From contig JBDREN010000100.1 in assembly GCA_043819795.1 (NCBI GenBank), forward strand, positions 1-62,031: a DNA stretch of 62,031 nucleotides, read 5' to 3'. Source of the stretch: Elusimicrobiota bacterium (GTDB lineage: Bacteria; Elusimicrobiota; Elusimicrobia; UBA1565). The position numbers and the translations under genes are program-made. Position 1 is the first letter of the stretch; every line of letters starts with the position of its first letter. This document shows positions 9,088 through 18,374 of the stretch, one piece after another. Under the pieces are notes generated by a model. The model was not told the origin of the DNA, did not search any database, and saw only the letters and a program-made list of their open reading frames with translations.

Positions 9088-9864
9088 TCAGGCTCTGAGG
9101 GCAAGCACGCTCAAGCGATTGTTCATGAGCCCGTAGTCGCCCCGGCGCTCGTGCAGAACGCCCGGATGCGAGACGGACATGGGACGCAGCCTCGCTTCCC
9201 GGAGCATCCGCAGGATCTCCCCTTTCGCGAATACCCGCATTTTGTAGCGGCCGTCGCGCAGCAGGCCCCTCTTGGAGCTCACGACGAGCTCGCGGACCGT
9301 GACGACGCGCCGACCCATCTCGCGTTTCCGGCAGACCACGACGTCGCCCTCCGCCTCATGCCAGGACAACGGCTTAAAGCTCCGGATGAAGCGCTCGCGA
9401 TCCGTGAGGTCCAAGAACAGCTTGCCCCCGCGCTTCAAGAGGCGCCTGGCTTCCTTAAGGATGCGAACGTTGTCCCGGTCGTCCGAGAAATAGCCGAATG
9501 AATTGGTCATCAGGAGCACGACGTCGAAAGCGTCCCCGGGGAGCGGCGTCTTGCGCGCGTCGCCGACGACGAAGCGCACGCCGCGCCCGTTCTTCCTGGA
9601 CAGCTTTCTACCCAAACGGATCAGATACGAGGAATAGTCCAGGACCGTGAGATCCTTGAAGCCGCGCCGGGACATCTCGAAGGCATGCCTCCCTTGACCG
9701 CCGCAGAGGTCCAGGATACTGTCGGACTTCCGGGGCCGCACGACGTCCTTCAGCCAATCGGTCTCCCGGCGCGTGACCTCCGCGTCCAGCACGCTGCGGG
9801 AGTCGGAAAGCAGATAGACGCTATTGAAATAGTCTTTCCACCAGTCCGAACGGACCCGGGTCAT
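9088..9864 (-). CDS. Class I SAM-dependent methyltransferase
   Basis: ILDLCGGQGRH motif I and FDVVLLMTNSFGYF. The ATG at 9864 overlaps the upstream stop (ATGA). Confidence 0.9.
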   Translation of the reverse strand: MTRVRSDWWKDYFNSVYLLSDSRSVLDAEVTRRETDWLKDVVRPRKSDSILDLCGGQGRHAFEMSRRGFKDLTVLDYSSYLIRLGRKLSRKNGRGVRFVVGDARKTPLPGDAFDVVLLMTNSFGYFSDDRDNVRILKEARRLLKRGGKLFLDLTDRERFIRSFKPLSWHEAEGDVVVCRKREMGRRVVTVRELVVSSKRGLLRDGRYKMRVFAKGEILRMLREARLRPMSVSHPGVLHERRGDYGLMNNRLSVLALRA

Positions 9865-11273
9865 CCCCGCGGACCCTCCTTCCCTCCCTCCGGCACGGGA
9901 GCCCCGAACCCGAAGAGACCGTCCGCGGCGATGAGGGCCGGGCCCCCGTTCCAGGGCTGCATCGCGGCGATCTTCATCTCCTCGGAGCTGACCGACAGGA
10001 CATGATCGAGCTTGCCTTCGGAGATCGCCTTCTCCATCCGGACGGCGTCCGTCCAAAGGTTCCGGCTGTACTCCTCCAGGGCGCCGACCTGCGCCCCGGT
10101 GACGACCCGCGGCCTCAACGTCGTCGGGATCGGCCCGAGCAGGTAGACCAGGCCCATCCGGATAGCCTCCTCCTTGATCTCCTTTTCGAGTGCCGCGAGG
10201 CGCTCATAGGGGACGGCGGTGATCGCCCGGTCGATCCGCCGCACCGCCTCCTCCAGGGGGACGTCGGACTTGAGGATCGCCAGGCTCTGGACGCCTCCTC
10301 CAGAGCCGACATTGGTGGGGATCTGCCCGAACCGGGCCACGAACCCCATGAGACCCTTGTCGGTGATAAAGCACCGGAAATCGGTCTGCCAGCGCTTCAG
10401 GACCACCTTCTTGGTCTCATGGTCGATCCAAGGGAAATACTCCGCCCACAGATCGAGCGGAACGAGCGCCTGGACGATGTAGTTCCCCTGTTCCAGCGCC
10501 TTCGCGATATCCTGGTCGCGCGTGGACTCGCGGAGCTTCCCCACGAAGATCCCGTGCCCCGAGTAGCCGTGGGCGGGCTTGAGGACCACCTCTTTCCAGT
10601 GCACGCGCGTCCATTCGACCAGATCGTCGGTCATCGTCCCTTCGGGGTCGGTCACGCGCCGCCTCGCGAACTTCCGCGACCAGGGAGTGCGCTCTCGAGT
10701 GGTCTGGGAGAGGCCGCTCCCGGGGTCGCCTGCGTACTCGAAGACGCCTTTATCCCCTCCCGGCTCCATGCCGCGGGGATTGACGACGAACCCCTTCCGG
10801 ATGGCGTGGAGCAGCGCTTCCAGATTGTGCTTCTTGCCGACCTCCAGGATCGTCGCGTTGTTGAAATCCTGGAAGATCAGGCTCACTTCCTGCCCGTCGA
10901 GGACGACCTTGCCGTCCTTCAGCGCGAGCTGCTGCGGAGCCGCCAGCGCGGCGCGCACTCCCTCGACCCGGTTCAATTTCTCGACGATGTTCTTATTCTC
11001 GATCACGGCGTCCAACGTCTCTTCTTCGGCGACGATCGCGATGAAAAGGCGGCCGGGCGCTCCCACGCGGTCGTTGGCCCGCAGAAGCAGGTCCTTGAAA
11101 CCGGCGACCGGATCGAACCGGGGGTCCTTCATCTCCAGCTCGATGTCGAGCCCGGTGATCCTCACCAACTCATCCCAGGCGCGCCTGCCCAGCTCCTGCG
11201 CCGAGCGGGCGTAGTCCCATCCCCCCGGACTTCCCAGATTCCATTCCGCATGATACCCGAAGAAACTCATCAT
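9861..11273 (-). CDS. Circularly permuted ATP-grasp (glutathione/glutathionylspermidine synthetase-like) putative amide ligase
   Basis: EWNLGSPGG (ExN), VVNP..K, PWSR, VVLKPAHGYSGHGIFVG, YIVQ, DFRCF and TNVGSGGG motifs. Confidence 0.75.
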   Translation of the reverse strand: MMSFFGYHAEWNLGSPGGWDYARSAQELGRRAWDELVRITGLDIELEMKDPRFDPVAGFKDLLLRANDRVGAPGRLFIAIVAEEETLDAVIENKNIVEKLNRVEGVRAALAAPQQLALKDGKVVLDGQEVSLIFQDFNNATILEVGKKHNLEALLHAIRKGFVVNPRGMEPGGDKGVFEYAGDPGSGLSQTTRERTPWSRKFARRRVTDPEGTMTDDLVEWTRVHWKEVVLKPAHGYSGHGIFVGKLRESTRDQDIAKALEQGNYIVQALVPLDLWAEYFPWIDHETKKVVLKRWQTDFRCFITDKGLMGFVARFGQIPTNVGSGGGVQSLAILKSDVPLEEAVRRIDRAITAVPYERLAALEKEIKEEAIRMGLVYLLGPIPTTLRPRVVTGAQVGALEEYSRNLWTDAVRMEKAISEGKLDHVLSVSSEEMKIAAMQPWNGGPALIAADGLFGFGAPVPEGGKEGPRG

Positions 11274-11287
11274 CCAGTCTCCCTTTG

Positions 11288-12955
11288 TTAGGTTGCCCGA
11301 CTGTTCAAGAGGGATCGCATCCTTTGCCCGACACGGGCGAAGGGAATCTGCCCGCCATCAAGAAGAGCCTTATGGAACCGGCGGGCTCCCAGCTTACCCT
11401 GGAATCGGCTGCGCAATCTCAAGATCTCGTAGCCGCCAAGAAAATAACACAATTGATAGCCCCGGGTCAAAGAATAGCGCCGGACCTGTTTCAGGACATC
11501 CTTCCGCCCGAAGCCGAGCTTGGCCAAGAGGCTGCAGGCGCCGCCCACGTCCAACCGGCCGGTTCCGAGCCCGACATCGATCATCGCCCGGTGGGCCCGC
11601 CACAAGGCCCGCTTCAGCAGCAGCAGCCTTTGCCTCGGATCCCGAAGGTAGCCCAAGTCGTCGATCCAGCGTTCGGCGTAGCAGGACCAGCCCTCATAAA
11701 AGAACGGGGACTCGATCTGGCGGCGCACCGGATTGCGGTGGCGCAGACGGAGGGAGTCCAGGGAGTGATGTCCGGGATAGGTCTCGTGCGCGGAGGTGAA
11801 TACGTACTCGTTGTGGACGCGGCGGATGTTTTCCCGTCTCGCGCGCGGACTCCACGACGGGTCCGTCGGGGCGATGTAGAAATAGGCGGGCTCCTCGGGA
11901 TGCCGGCTCAACGGGCTGTTGTAGGAGGCCGCCACGCGAAGCGCGTTCAGATAGCGGGGGGTCTCCGCCACGCTCACCGCGGGGCCCGACAGCAGATGGC
12001 GCATGCCCAGACCGCGGAAGAAAGCCCGCAGGGACGCCGTCTCGTCCCGGTACAGGCGCAGCAGTCCCTTCGGAGATCCGACGCCGGGATCGACTTCAGC
12101 GCTCAGCTCGACCCAACTCCGGGAAGGATCGATCGAACGGGCCGTCTTCTTCAGGCTCTTGAGGACCCGCCGCTCTTCCTCCCTGGCCAGCTCGAAGATC
12201 TCCTTCGGAGTACGACGGCAGCCGTAGCTGCGGCGCAGCAGGCCGTTGAGCACCGACGTCGCGTCGGGACGCCGCGACCCCGGCGGCAGGCTTTTCACGC
12301 GCGACCGGTACTCATCCAAAGCCTCCAGAGCGGCCCGCGCCAGCTTTCCCCAGCCGCGCCGATCGGGATGGCTCATCTCCAGGTGCCGCAAGAGGTCGCG
12401 GCGGAAAAACCCCGAGCACTGCTCGATCATCTCCAGCGTGGCGGCCTTCGCGGCGTCGGGCGCGCTTCGTAGGTTGGCGCCTCCCTGGCGGAGAAGCCTC
12501 GGGATCCCGCTCAGCCTGCGCGCGATCCATTCCTCCCGCTCGCCTCCGCGCGAAGCGCGCTTATAGAGCGTATGATTGACGCCGATCAAGGCGATCCTCA
12601 GATACAGCTGGGGCTCATGGCGGTGGACGGCGTCCGCCTCGAGTTCCGACAGGAGACGATAGGCGCTCCGCGTGAGCATCTCGACGTCGATCTCGTCCTC
12701 GATGTCGTCGCACGGAAGCTCCGAGAGGCGGGCGACGATCCCTTTCACCCGCCGGACATGGCCGGAAACGGCGTCCTGATCGAGATCGTCCAGGCGGTCC
12801 ATATAGCGTACGGCCCTCGAAGCCCGGGGGAAATTGAGGAATTCATCGCTCGCGCACTGGACCGGAAACGACCGGGCCAAGGGGCCGAAATAGGAATCCG
12901 CGCACTCGAGGATCGCGGTCCTGGCCGGAGGACGCTTCATGCGGAGGCCGTCCAT
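11288..12955 (-). CDS. DUF885 family protein (metallopeptidase-like)
   Basis: HETYPGHH, FYEGWSCYAE, RAHRAMIDVGL and YQLCYFLG motifs. Confidence 0.9.
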   Translation of the reverse strand: MDGLRMKRPPARTAILECADSYFGPLARSFPVQCASDEFLNFPRASRAVRYMDRLDDLDQDAVSGHVRRVKGIVARLSELPCDDIEDEIDVEMLTRSAYRLLSELEADAVHRHEPQLYLRIALIGVNHTLYKRASRGGEREEWIARRLSGIPRLLRQGGANLRSAPDAAKAATLEMIEQCSGFFRRDLLRHLEMSHPDRRGWGKLARAALEALDEYRSRVKSLPPGSRRPDATSVLNGLLRRSYGCRRTPKEIFELAREEERRVLKSLKKTARSIDPSRSWVELSAEVDPGVGSPKGLLRLYRDETASLRAFFRGLGMRHLLSGPAVSVAETPRYLNALRVAASYNSPLSRHPEEPAYFYIAPTDPSWSPRARRENIRRVHNEYVFTSAHETYPGHHSLDSLRLRHRNPVRRQIESPFFYEGWSCYAERWIDDLGYLRDPRQRLLLLKRALWRAHRAMIDVGLGTGRLDVGGACSLLAKLGFGRKDVLKQVRRYSLTRGYQLCYFLGGYEILRLRSRFQGKLGARRFHKALLDGGQIPFARVGQRMRSLLNSRAT

Positions 12956-12962
12956 ATCCTGC

Positions 12963-14507
12963 TCATAAACCGCCGGACCTTTCGTCCCCGGACCCCGCGG
13001 GATTGGACCCGCGGGGAGGAACTATGTCGGGGGACGGTGGCTCGGGGCTGAGGGCTCCCCAGTGGTACCGGTTCTGGGGGTTCCAGAAGATCCAGCTGTC
13101 GATACCCTGATCTCGCGCCGCCATCAGCTCGGCGCGGACCTGCTCCGGCCCGTAACGGAAGCCCAGCGAGAAGTCCTGCAGGTAGGGCCGGAGTTTATAG
13201 GCCGAACGGCCGAGCCGGCGCTTGGCGTCCCGCAGGCCCCAGAGCACGATCTTGTACGGCTCCCGATTGGGGTCTTTGAGGCCGTACGCGCCCTTCGCGT
13301 AATGCGACGGATACATCATGGGGCTCAAGGAGTCGACAAGGTCCGCCATCGTGTCCAGGTCCTGTCCGATCCCCATATCGCCTTTGGCGCTCGTCGTCAG
13401 GCCGAAGAGCGCCACCGACATGGGCGTCCCGGAGGGCGCAAGGCGGTCGTGCGCGTAGCGAAGGAACGCGGTCAGGACCTCGACGGCCGTGCCGCTCGAG
13501 TGATCGGCGCGCGAATACAAGCAGCGCCGGATGTCGCCGTCCGACGGAAAGCGGATGTAGTCGAACTGCACCTCGTCGAACCCGAGATTCACGGCGTGGA
13601 GGGCCACGTCGAGGTTGTACTCCCAGACCTCCTTCCGGTATGGGTCCACCCATGCCACGCCCTTCGCGTTCTTCCACAAGCCCCCCGTCACGTCGTGGAC
13701 GCCCCACTCCGGCCGCTTGCGCGGGAGAGTGTCGTCCTTGAAGACGACGATCCGGGCGACCGTGTAGAGCCCGCGCTCCTTCATGTCGGCGAGCATCTCG
13801 CGAGGCCGGGGGATGGCGACCCGCGTGGTCCCGTGCGCGTGCGCCGATGCGACGCCGGGGATATAGACGCGCCCATCGGTCTCCTTGACAGGCACGACGA
13901 CGGCGTTGACGAGCGTGCCGCTGATGCGGTCGAGAAAACGACGCCGGGCGGAGGCCGCCCCCGCCGCCCAGGCGGTAAGGTGGACGCCGCGGACCGGCTT
14001 GAAGCCCGGGGGCACAGCCACCCTTTGCTCGACCCGCTCGCTCGGCTTCCCGGCCCGTGCGGCCGGAGCGGAAACAGCCTCCTCGGGAACGGATACGTGA
14101 GCTGTCGGAGCCTTCTCCAACGTGACCTGGATAGGGATCTCCGCGGCCTGCGTGGAGGATTCTTGAAGCGCCTGGGCCCCGGGAGCGGGGGCGAGCGGGG
14201 CGGTCTCCGTCGAGCGGATCGTTTCCGCCACTGCCGACGCAGCGGAAGTCGATGGGACTACGACCGCTTCCGGCGACCCGAAAGGGACCTCGGCCTCCTC
14301 CCCAGGCTCCAGGGCACTTCCTGAAGGAGCCTCGCACTGCTTGCTCCCGCTCTCGGCCCCAGGCTCCAAAACATCTCCTGACGGAACCTGGGACTGCTCG
14401 CTCCCGCTCGCCGCCCCTTCAGGGATCGATTCGGGGGCGTGGGAGGGCGAAGCCGCATGGCCCAGAGAAAAAAGAAGGATGATAAAGAGGGGCGCGAGCG
14501 AATTCAC
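12963..14507 (-). CDS. Secreted putative glycoside hydrolase (DUF4015-like) with a low-complexity Ser/Glu/Pro linker
   Basis: Signal peptide, then ARIVVFKD, WVDPY, GFDEVQFDYIRFP, IGQD, SPMMYPSHY and RPYLQDF. Confidence 0.88.
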   Translation of the reverse strand: MNSLAPLFIILLFSLGHAASPSHAPESIPEGAASGSEQSQVPSGDVLEPGAESGSKQCEAPSGSALEPGEEAEVPFGSPEAVVVPSTSAASAVAETIRSTETAPLAPAPGAQALQESSTQAAEIPIQVTLEKAPTAHVSVPEEAVSAPAARAGKPSERVEQRVAVPPGFKPVRGVHLTAWAAGAASARRRFLDRISGTLVNAVVVPVKETDGRVYIPGVASAHAHGTTRVAIPRPREMLADMKERGLYTVARIVVFKDDTLPRKRPEWGVHDVTGGLWKNAKGVAWVDPYRKEVWEYNLDVALHAVNLGFDEVQFDYIRFPSDGDIRRCLYSRADHSSGTAVEVLTAFLRYAHDRLAPSGTPMSVALFGLTTSAKGDMGIGQDLDTMADLVDSLSPMMYPSHYAKGAYGLKDPNREPYKIVLWGLRDAKRRLGRSAYKLRPYLQDFSLGFRYGPEQVRAELMAARDQGIDSWIFWNPQNRYHWGALSPEPPSPDIVPPRGSNPAGSGDERSGGL

Positions 14508-14597
14508 CGCGACAGGGTATCATTTCTCCGACCGGAGCGGGGAGTCCTCTGGCCCATCCTCTGGCCAGCGGGGGTGGGAAACGCTATCATCTCCGCA

Positions 14598-16463
14598 ATG
14601 AAGCCGCGCATCCTGCTGGTGACCTCGGACAAGGCTCTCTACGAGGCGTTCGAGAAGTCCTGCGCGGAGCGGGACGCGGAGGTCCGGCGCGTGAGCTCGG
14701 CCAAAGCCACCCGCCGCGCCTGGGACGACGGGGAGTCCCGGGTCGCGGGAGTGGTCGCCGATGTGCTGTCTCTCCGCGGCAAGGAACGGCGACATCTGCT
14801 CGAGCTCCATCGCCGGAAGGACGCCCCCCCGCTGGTCCTGCTCGATCCGCCGCGCAGCTCCCCTCTCTCCGGCAAGGACTTGGTCGCATCTTTGCATTGG
14901 CCCCTGGAAGAATCCGTCCTCGAGGCGTTGGGAGGGCTCGCGCCGGCCCCGATCGTGCTCCTCAGCGATCCGACCCTTTACGTGACAGGCACGCTGCACG
15001 CGCGGCTCGATACGTGCGGTCTGCGCACCTCCTCCGCCGAGTCGACGGCCGGGCTCGCGGGCATCCTCAACGCCCCCCCCGAGGACCCCTCCCAAGCGGG
15101 GGCGGCGCGCGCCGTCATCGTCCGCTGGGCCGGCGACCTCTTCGAGGCGGAAGGCCTCGCCGAGCGCGTCCGGCAGAGCGCGCCCGCCGCGCGATTCTTC
15201 CTCGTCGAGAGCCAGGGGCCGATTCACGCGGCCGAGGTGGCGCTGCGCCGCAACCGTCCCGCTCTGCTCCCGCGCCGCTTCTTCGAGGTCTCAGTGGACC
15301 TGCTGCTCGGCAAGCCGATCGTCGACCCGATGGCCCTGGGCCGCGTGCTGCTGGTCGATCCCGTGCGGCCCGCCCTGGTCCAGCTCAGCCGGGACCTCAT
15401 GGACGAAGGCTACGAGGTAGCGGCCTGTCTGAGTACCGAAGAGGCGGTGGAGCGGGCTTCGGCCGACTACTTTCACATCGCGGTCGTAAGCGCCGCGCTC
15501 ACCTCCGGAAGGGCGGCGGGAGTCGAGCTGGCGCAGAAGCTGCGCGAGCGGGACCCCGACATGCGCATCATCCTCCTCGTGGACCGTTACCCGCTGAAGG
15601 AAGCGCTCCGCGGCGTCAGCCTGGGCGTGGAGGTGGGCCTCGACGACTGCCTGCTCAAACCCGTGGAGGCCTCGCGGCTCAAGTTCTCGATCACGCGCGC
15701 GCTGGAGCGCCGCCACCTGCTGCTGGAGAACAAGCGGCTGCTGAGCGAGCTCAAGACCACGAACCGGGAGCTCGAGCAGCTCACCGGGTTCCAGTCGAAG
15801 TTCTTCGCGATGGTCGCGCACGACGTGAAGAACCCCCTCAGCGCCATCCTGGGCTACGCCCAACTGCTCACGATGAAGACGAAGGAGCCCACGCCCCTCA
15901 CCTACGCCGGCCACATCGAGTCCTCGGCCAAGACGCTCAACGCCCTCGTCTCCGACCTCGTCGATTTCGCTGCCATCGAATCCGGCAAGCTGCGCGTGGA
16001 GATCGGAGAGCTGGACCTCGCCCGCGTGGTCTGCGAGGTACGCTCCCGCGTCCAGGTCGCGGCCGACCGGCGGCGGATCCGCCTGCGCGTGACGGTCCCG
16101 GAAGGCCTGCCGAAGCTCTCGGGCGACCCGCTGCGCATCGGCCAGGTCATCCAGAACCTGGCCACCAACGCTATCCAGTACACCCCCGAGGGAGGCGCCG
16201 TCTCCATCGAGGTCCAGCGCGGACCGGCCCTCATCACCCTCAGCGTCCGGGACACCGGCATCGGAATCGCCAAGTCCGACCTGCCGCGCATCTTCAACCG
16301 CTTCTTCCAAGCGGAGAACGCCCAGACGATGCGCCGCGGGGGCTTCGGGTTGGGCCTTAAGATCGCCCAGGAGATCGTAAAGGCGCACGGCGGGGGGATG
16401 GGTGTCGATTCCGAGCTGGGCAAAGGCTCCGCGTTCTATTTCGCCATCCCGATCCCCCGCTGA
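14598..16463 (+). CDS. Cytoplasmic hybrid histidine kinase with degenerate receiver-like domains
   Basis: HisKA AHDVKNPL; HATPase NLATNAIQYT, DTGIGI and GFGLGL. The start is set at ATG 14598 after a TATCAT -10 element. Confidence 0.9.
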   Translation: MKPRILLVTSDKALYEAFEKSCAERDAEVRRVSSAKATRRAWDDGESRVAGVVADVLSLRGKERRHLLELHRRKDAPPLVLLDPPRSSPLSGKDLVASLHWPLEESVLEALGGLAPAPIVLLSDPTLYVTGTLHARLDTCGLRTSSAESTAGLAGILNAPPEDPSQAGAARAVIVRWAGDLFEAEGLAERVRQSAPAARFFLVESQGPIHAAEVALRRNRPALLPRRFFEVSVDLLLGKPIVDPMALGRVLLVDPVRPALVQLSRDLMDEGYEVAACLSTEEAVERASADYFHIAVVSAALTSGRAAGVELAQKLRERDPDMRIILLVDRYPLKEALRGVSLGVEVGLDDCLLKPVEASRLKFSITRALERRHLLLENKRLLSELKTTNRELEQLTGFQSKFFAMVAHDVKNPLSAILGYAQLLTMKTKEPTPLTYAGHIESSAKTLNALVSDLVDFAAIESGKLRVEIGELDLARVVCEVRSRVQVAADRRRIRLRVTVPEGLPKLSGDPLRIGQVIQNLATNAIQYTPEGGAVSIEVQRGPALITLSVRDTGIGIAKSDLPRIFNRFFQAENAQTMRRGGFGLGLKIAQEIVKAHGGGMGVDSELGKGSAFYFAIPIPR

Positions 16464-16566
16464 GCGCGCCTCTCCCCCGCGGGGAGGGGCGCGGGGATTG
16501 GGAGGGGGACACCCGATTTGGAATGCTGGCCCCCCCACATGGGCGGCCCCCCGTGGGGGGGCCGCC
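16464..16566. repeat. REP-like composite palindromic repeat, copy 1
   Basis: 16464-16508 matches the reverse complement of 26358-26401 except for a 1-nt indel. It is followed by the hairpin GGCGGCCCCCC-GTG-GGGGGGCCGCC. Confidence 0.8.
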
Positions 16567-16596
16567 GACATGGGCCGCCGACATGGGCCGCCGACA
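16559..16596. repeat. Tandem 13-nt repeat GGGCCGCCGACAT x3
   Basis: gggccgccgacat gggccgccgacat gggccgccgaca read directly from the sequence. Confidence 0.85.
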
Positions 16597-16637
16597 GCAC
16601 TGGAACTCTTTCGCCGCGTCTGGTATCCTACCTGAAG

Positions 16638-18293
16638 ATGCGACCGTTGCGGCTGATCTTGATCCTGCTCGCGCTTTATCTCGCCGCGGCTCCCTACACG
16701 CTCCCGGCGTCCGGCGAAACGCGCCGTTCCGCCAAGAGCCGGACCGTCCGCAAGCCCGCCCTACCCAACACGAGCGAGATCGATCAAGTCCAGGCCGAGA
16801 TCGAGAGGCTGATCGAGGAGACGCAGCCGTATATCGGGAAGCTCAAAGAGCTCGAGGGACTCTACGAGGACGCCCCCGACCTGACAGCCCTCGCCGCCGA
16901 GCGCGAGCGGATTCGCGAGGACGCATGGAACGGCGTCCTGCTCATGCGCGAGAAACACCACCGATTCCGCTCCCTGCGCAAGGAATTCCAGTTCGTCCAG
17001 GGCTCGAAGATAATCGTTAATCTGATGGACGGCGACAGCCCCCAGGAGGCCGAGAGGGACCTCAAGGCCTTCCTGGACTTCGACTTCTTCCCCAGGAAGA
17101 TCAAGCACTTCCAAAGCCAGCTCGAGAACGCCCTCAATACCGAGAAAGCGGCCTACGACAAAGCCGTCGAGGCGCGCGCGGCCGTCGCACGCAAGCGGCT
17201 GTACCTGATCATCGGCTGCGCCTCGGCCGGCGTGCTGGCGGCCATGGTCGCAGTCCTTCTCCGGCTGGCCTCGCGGCGCAGCCAGGCCGTGACGGTGACG
17301 GCCATGCCGATCCAAATGGACCCGGAGACCGCCGCGCGCGGCGCCCTGGGCGGGCCGGGGCAGGGCCCGGCGCTGCCCCGGCGGACGCCGATGCACGCCC
17401 TCACCGGCCCCGGAGCCCACACCCCGCCTCCGGGGCACGCGGAGACCCCCGATGTGATCGGCGGGAACTACCGCATCGTGGCCGAATCAGGCAGGGGCCC
17501 CCTCGGTCCGGTGTTCGAGGCCATGGACCTGGCGACGAACCGAAAGGTCATGATCAAACGCATCCGGGAAGAGCTGCACCAGAGCGAGAAGGACGTCGAC
17601 CGCTTCCTCGAGCGGGCCCGGTCCGTCGCCGACCTCAAGCACCCGAACCTGGCCGAGGTCTACTCCGTGTTCGTCGAGGACGAACGCGTCCATCTGGCGG
17701 TGGAGCACGTCGACGGGAAGTCGCTCGCCGAGTTCCTCGAGGCCGGCAACCGGATCAACCTGCCCTCCGTGAAGCGGGTCATCCGCCAGGTCGCGAAGGT
17801 CCTCGACCACGCCCACGGCGAGAAGGTCATCCACGGGGACCTCAGCCCCGCGAGCATCCTCGTGACCCGGGAGGGCATCGTCAAGGTCATGGACTTCGGC
17901 ATCGGGATCGAGGCGCGCAAGTCGGCCGCGAAGGTTTCCTGGACCGGGCCGATCGGCAGCCCCGCCTACCTGGCGCCCGAACAGGAGCTCGGCTCGGTGT
18001 TCAAGGAGTCGGACCTCTTCTCGCTCGGCGTCGTCTTCTACGAGATGATCACCGGCAACCTGCCCTTCGAGGGTCCCAATTTCCTGGCCCAGAAACGCGA
18101 AAGGCGCTACCGGCTTCCCAGCCAAGTCTCGGCCGACATCCCGAAAGAGGTCGACTCCGTCGTGCAGAAAGCTCTGCAGCCGGAGCCGCCGTTCCGCTTC
18201 CATTCCGGCGCCGAGTTCCTGGCTGCCGTCGAGGCGGTGCCGGACAGCCGGACCTCCAAGCCCTCCCCCTCCGGCCCCGGACAAGCCGCCTAG
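16638..18293 (+). CDS. Membrane-anchored Ser/Thr protein kinase-like protein
   Basis: Signal peptide, helical extracytoplasmic region, one TM helix, then a Hanks kinase domain (GRGPLG, MIK, HGDLSPAS, DFG, APE, SDLFSLG). Confidence 0.88.
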   Translation: MRPLRLILILLALYLAAAPYTLPASGETRRSAKSRTVRKPALPNTSEIDQVQAEIERLIEETQPYIGKLKELEGLYEDAPDLTALAAERERIREDAWNGVLLMREKHHRFRSLRKEFQFVQGSKIIVNLMDGDSPQEAERDLKAFLDFDFFPRKIKHFQSQLENALNTEKAAYDKAVEARAAVARKRLYLIIGCASAGVLAAMVAVLLRLASRRSQAVTVTAMPIQMDPETAARGALGGPGQGPALPRRTPMHALTGPGAHTPPPGHAETPDVIGGNYRIVAESGRGPLGPVFEAMDLATNRKVMIKRIREELHQSEKDVDRFLERARSVADLKHPNLAEVYSVFVEDERVHLAVEHVDGKSLAEFLEAGNRINLPSVKRVIRQVAKVLDHAHGEKVIHGDLSPASILVTREGIVKVMDFGIGIEARKSAAKVSWTGPIGSPAYLAPEQELGSVFKESDLFSLGVVFYEMITGNLPFEGPNFLAQKRERRYRLPSQVSADIPKEVDSVVQKALQPEPPFRFHSGAEFLAAVEAVPDSRTSKPSPSGPGQAA

Positions 18294-18296
18294 AAA

Positions 18297-18326
18297 TTGC
18301 GAAAAAGCCTGAAAACAGTGTATAAT
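18297..18326 (+). promoter_or_regulatory. Sigma70-type promoter of the hopanoid operon
   Basis: TTGCGA-N18-TATAAT in an AT-rich intergenic stretch. Confidence 0.6.
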
Positions 18327-18374
18327 GCATAGCTTTGTCGCGCCGATGCTGAACCCGGAGAGGCACCCGCCCCT

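Noticed and set aside
16559..16596. Possible mini-CRISPR
   Set aside because: The units are 13 nt and contiguous, with no spacers and no cas genes.
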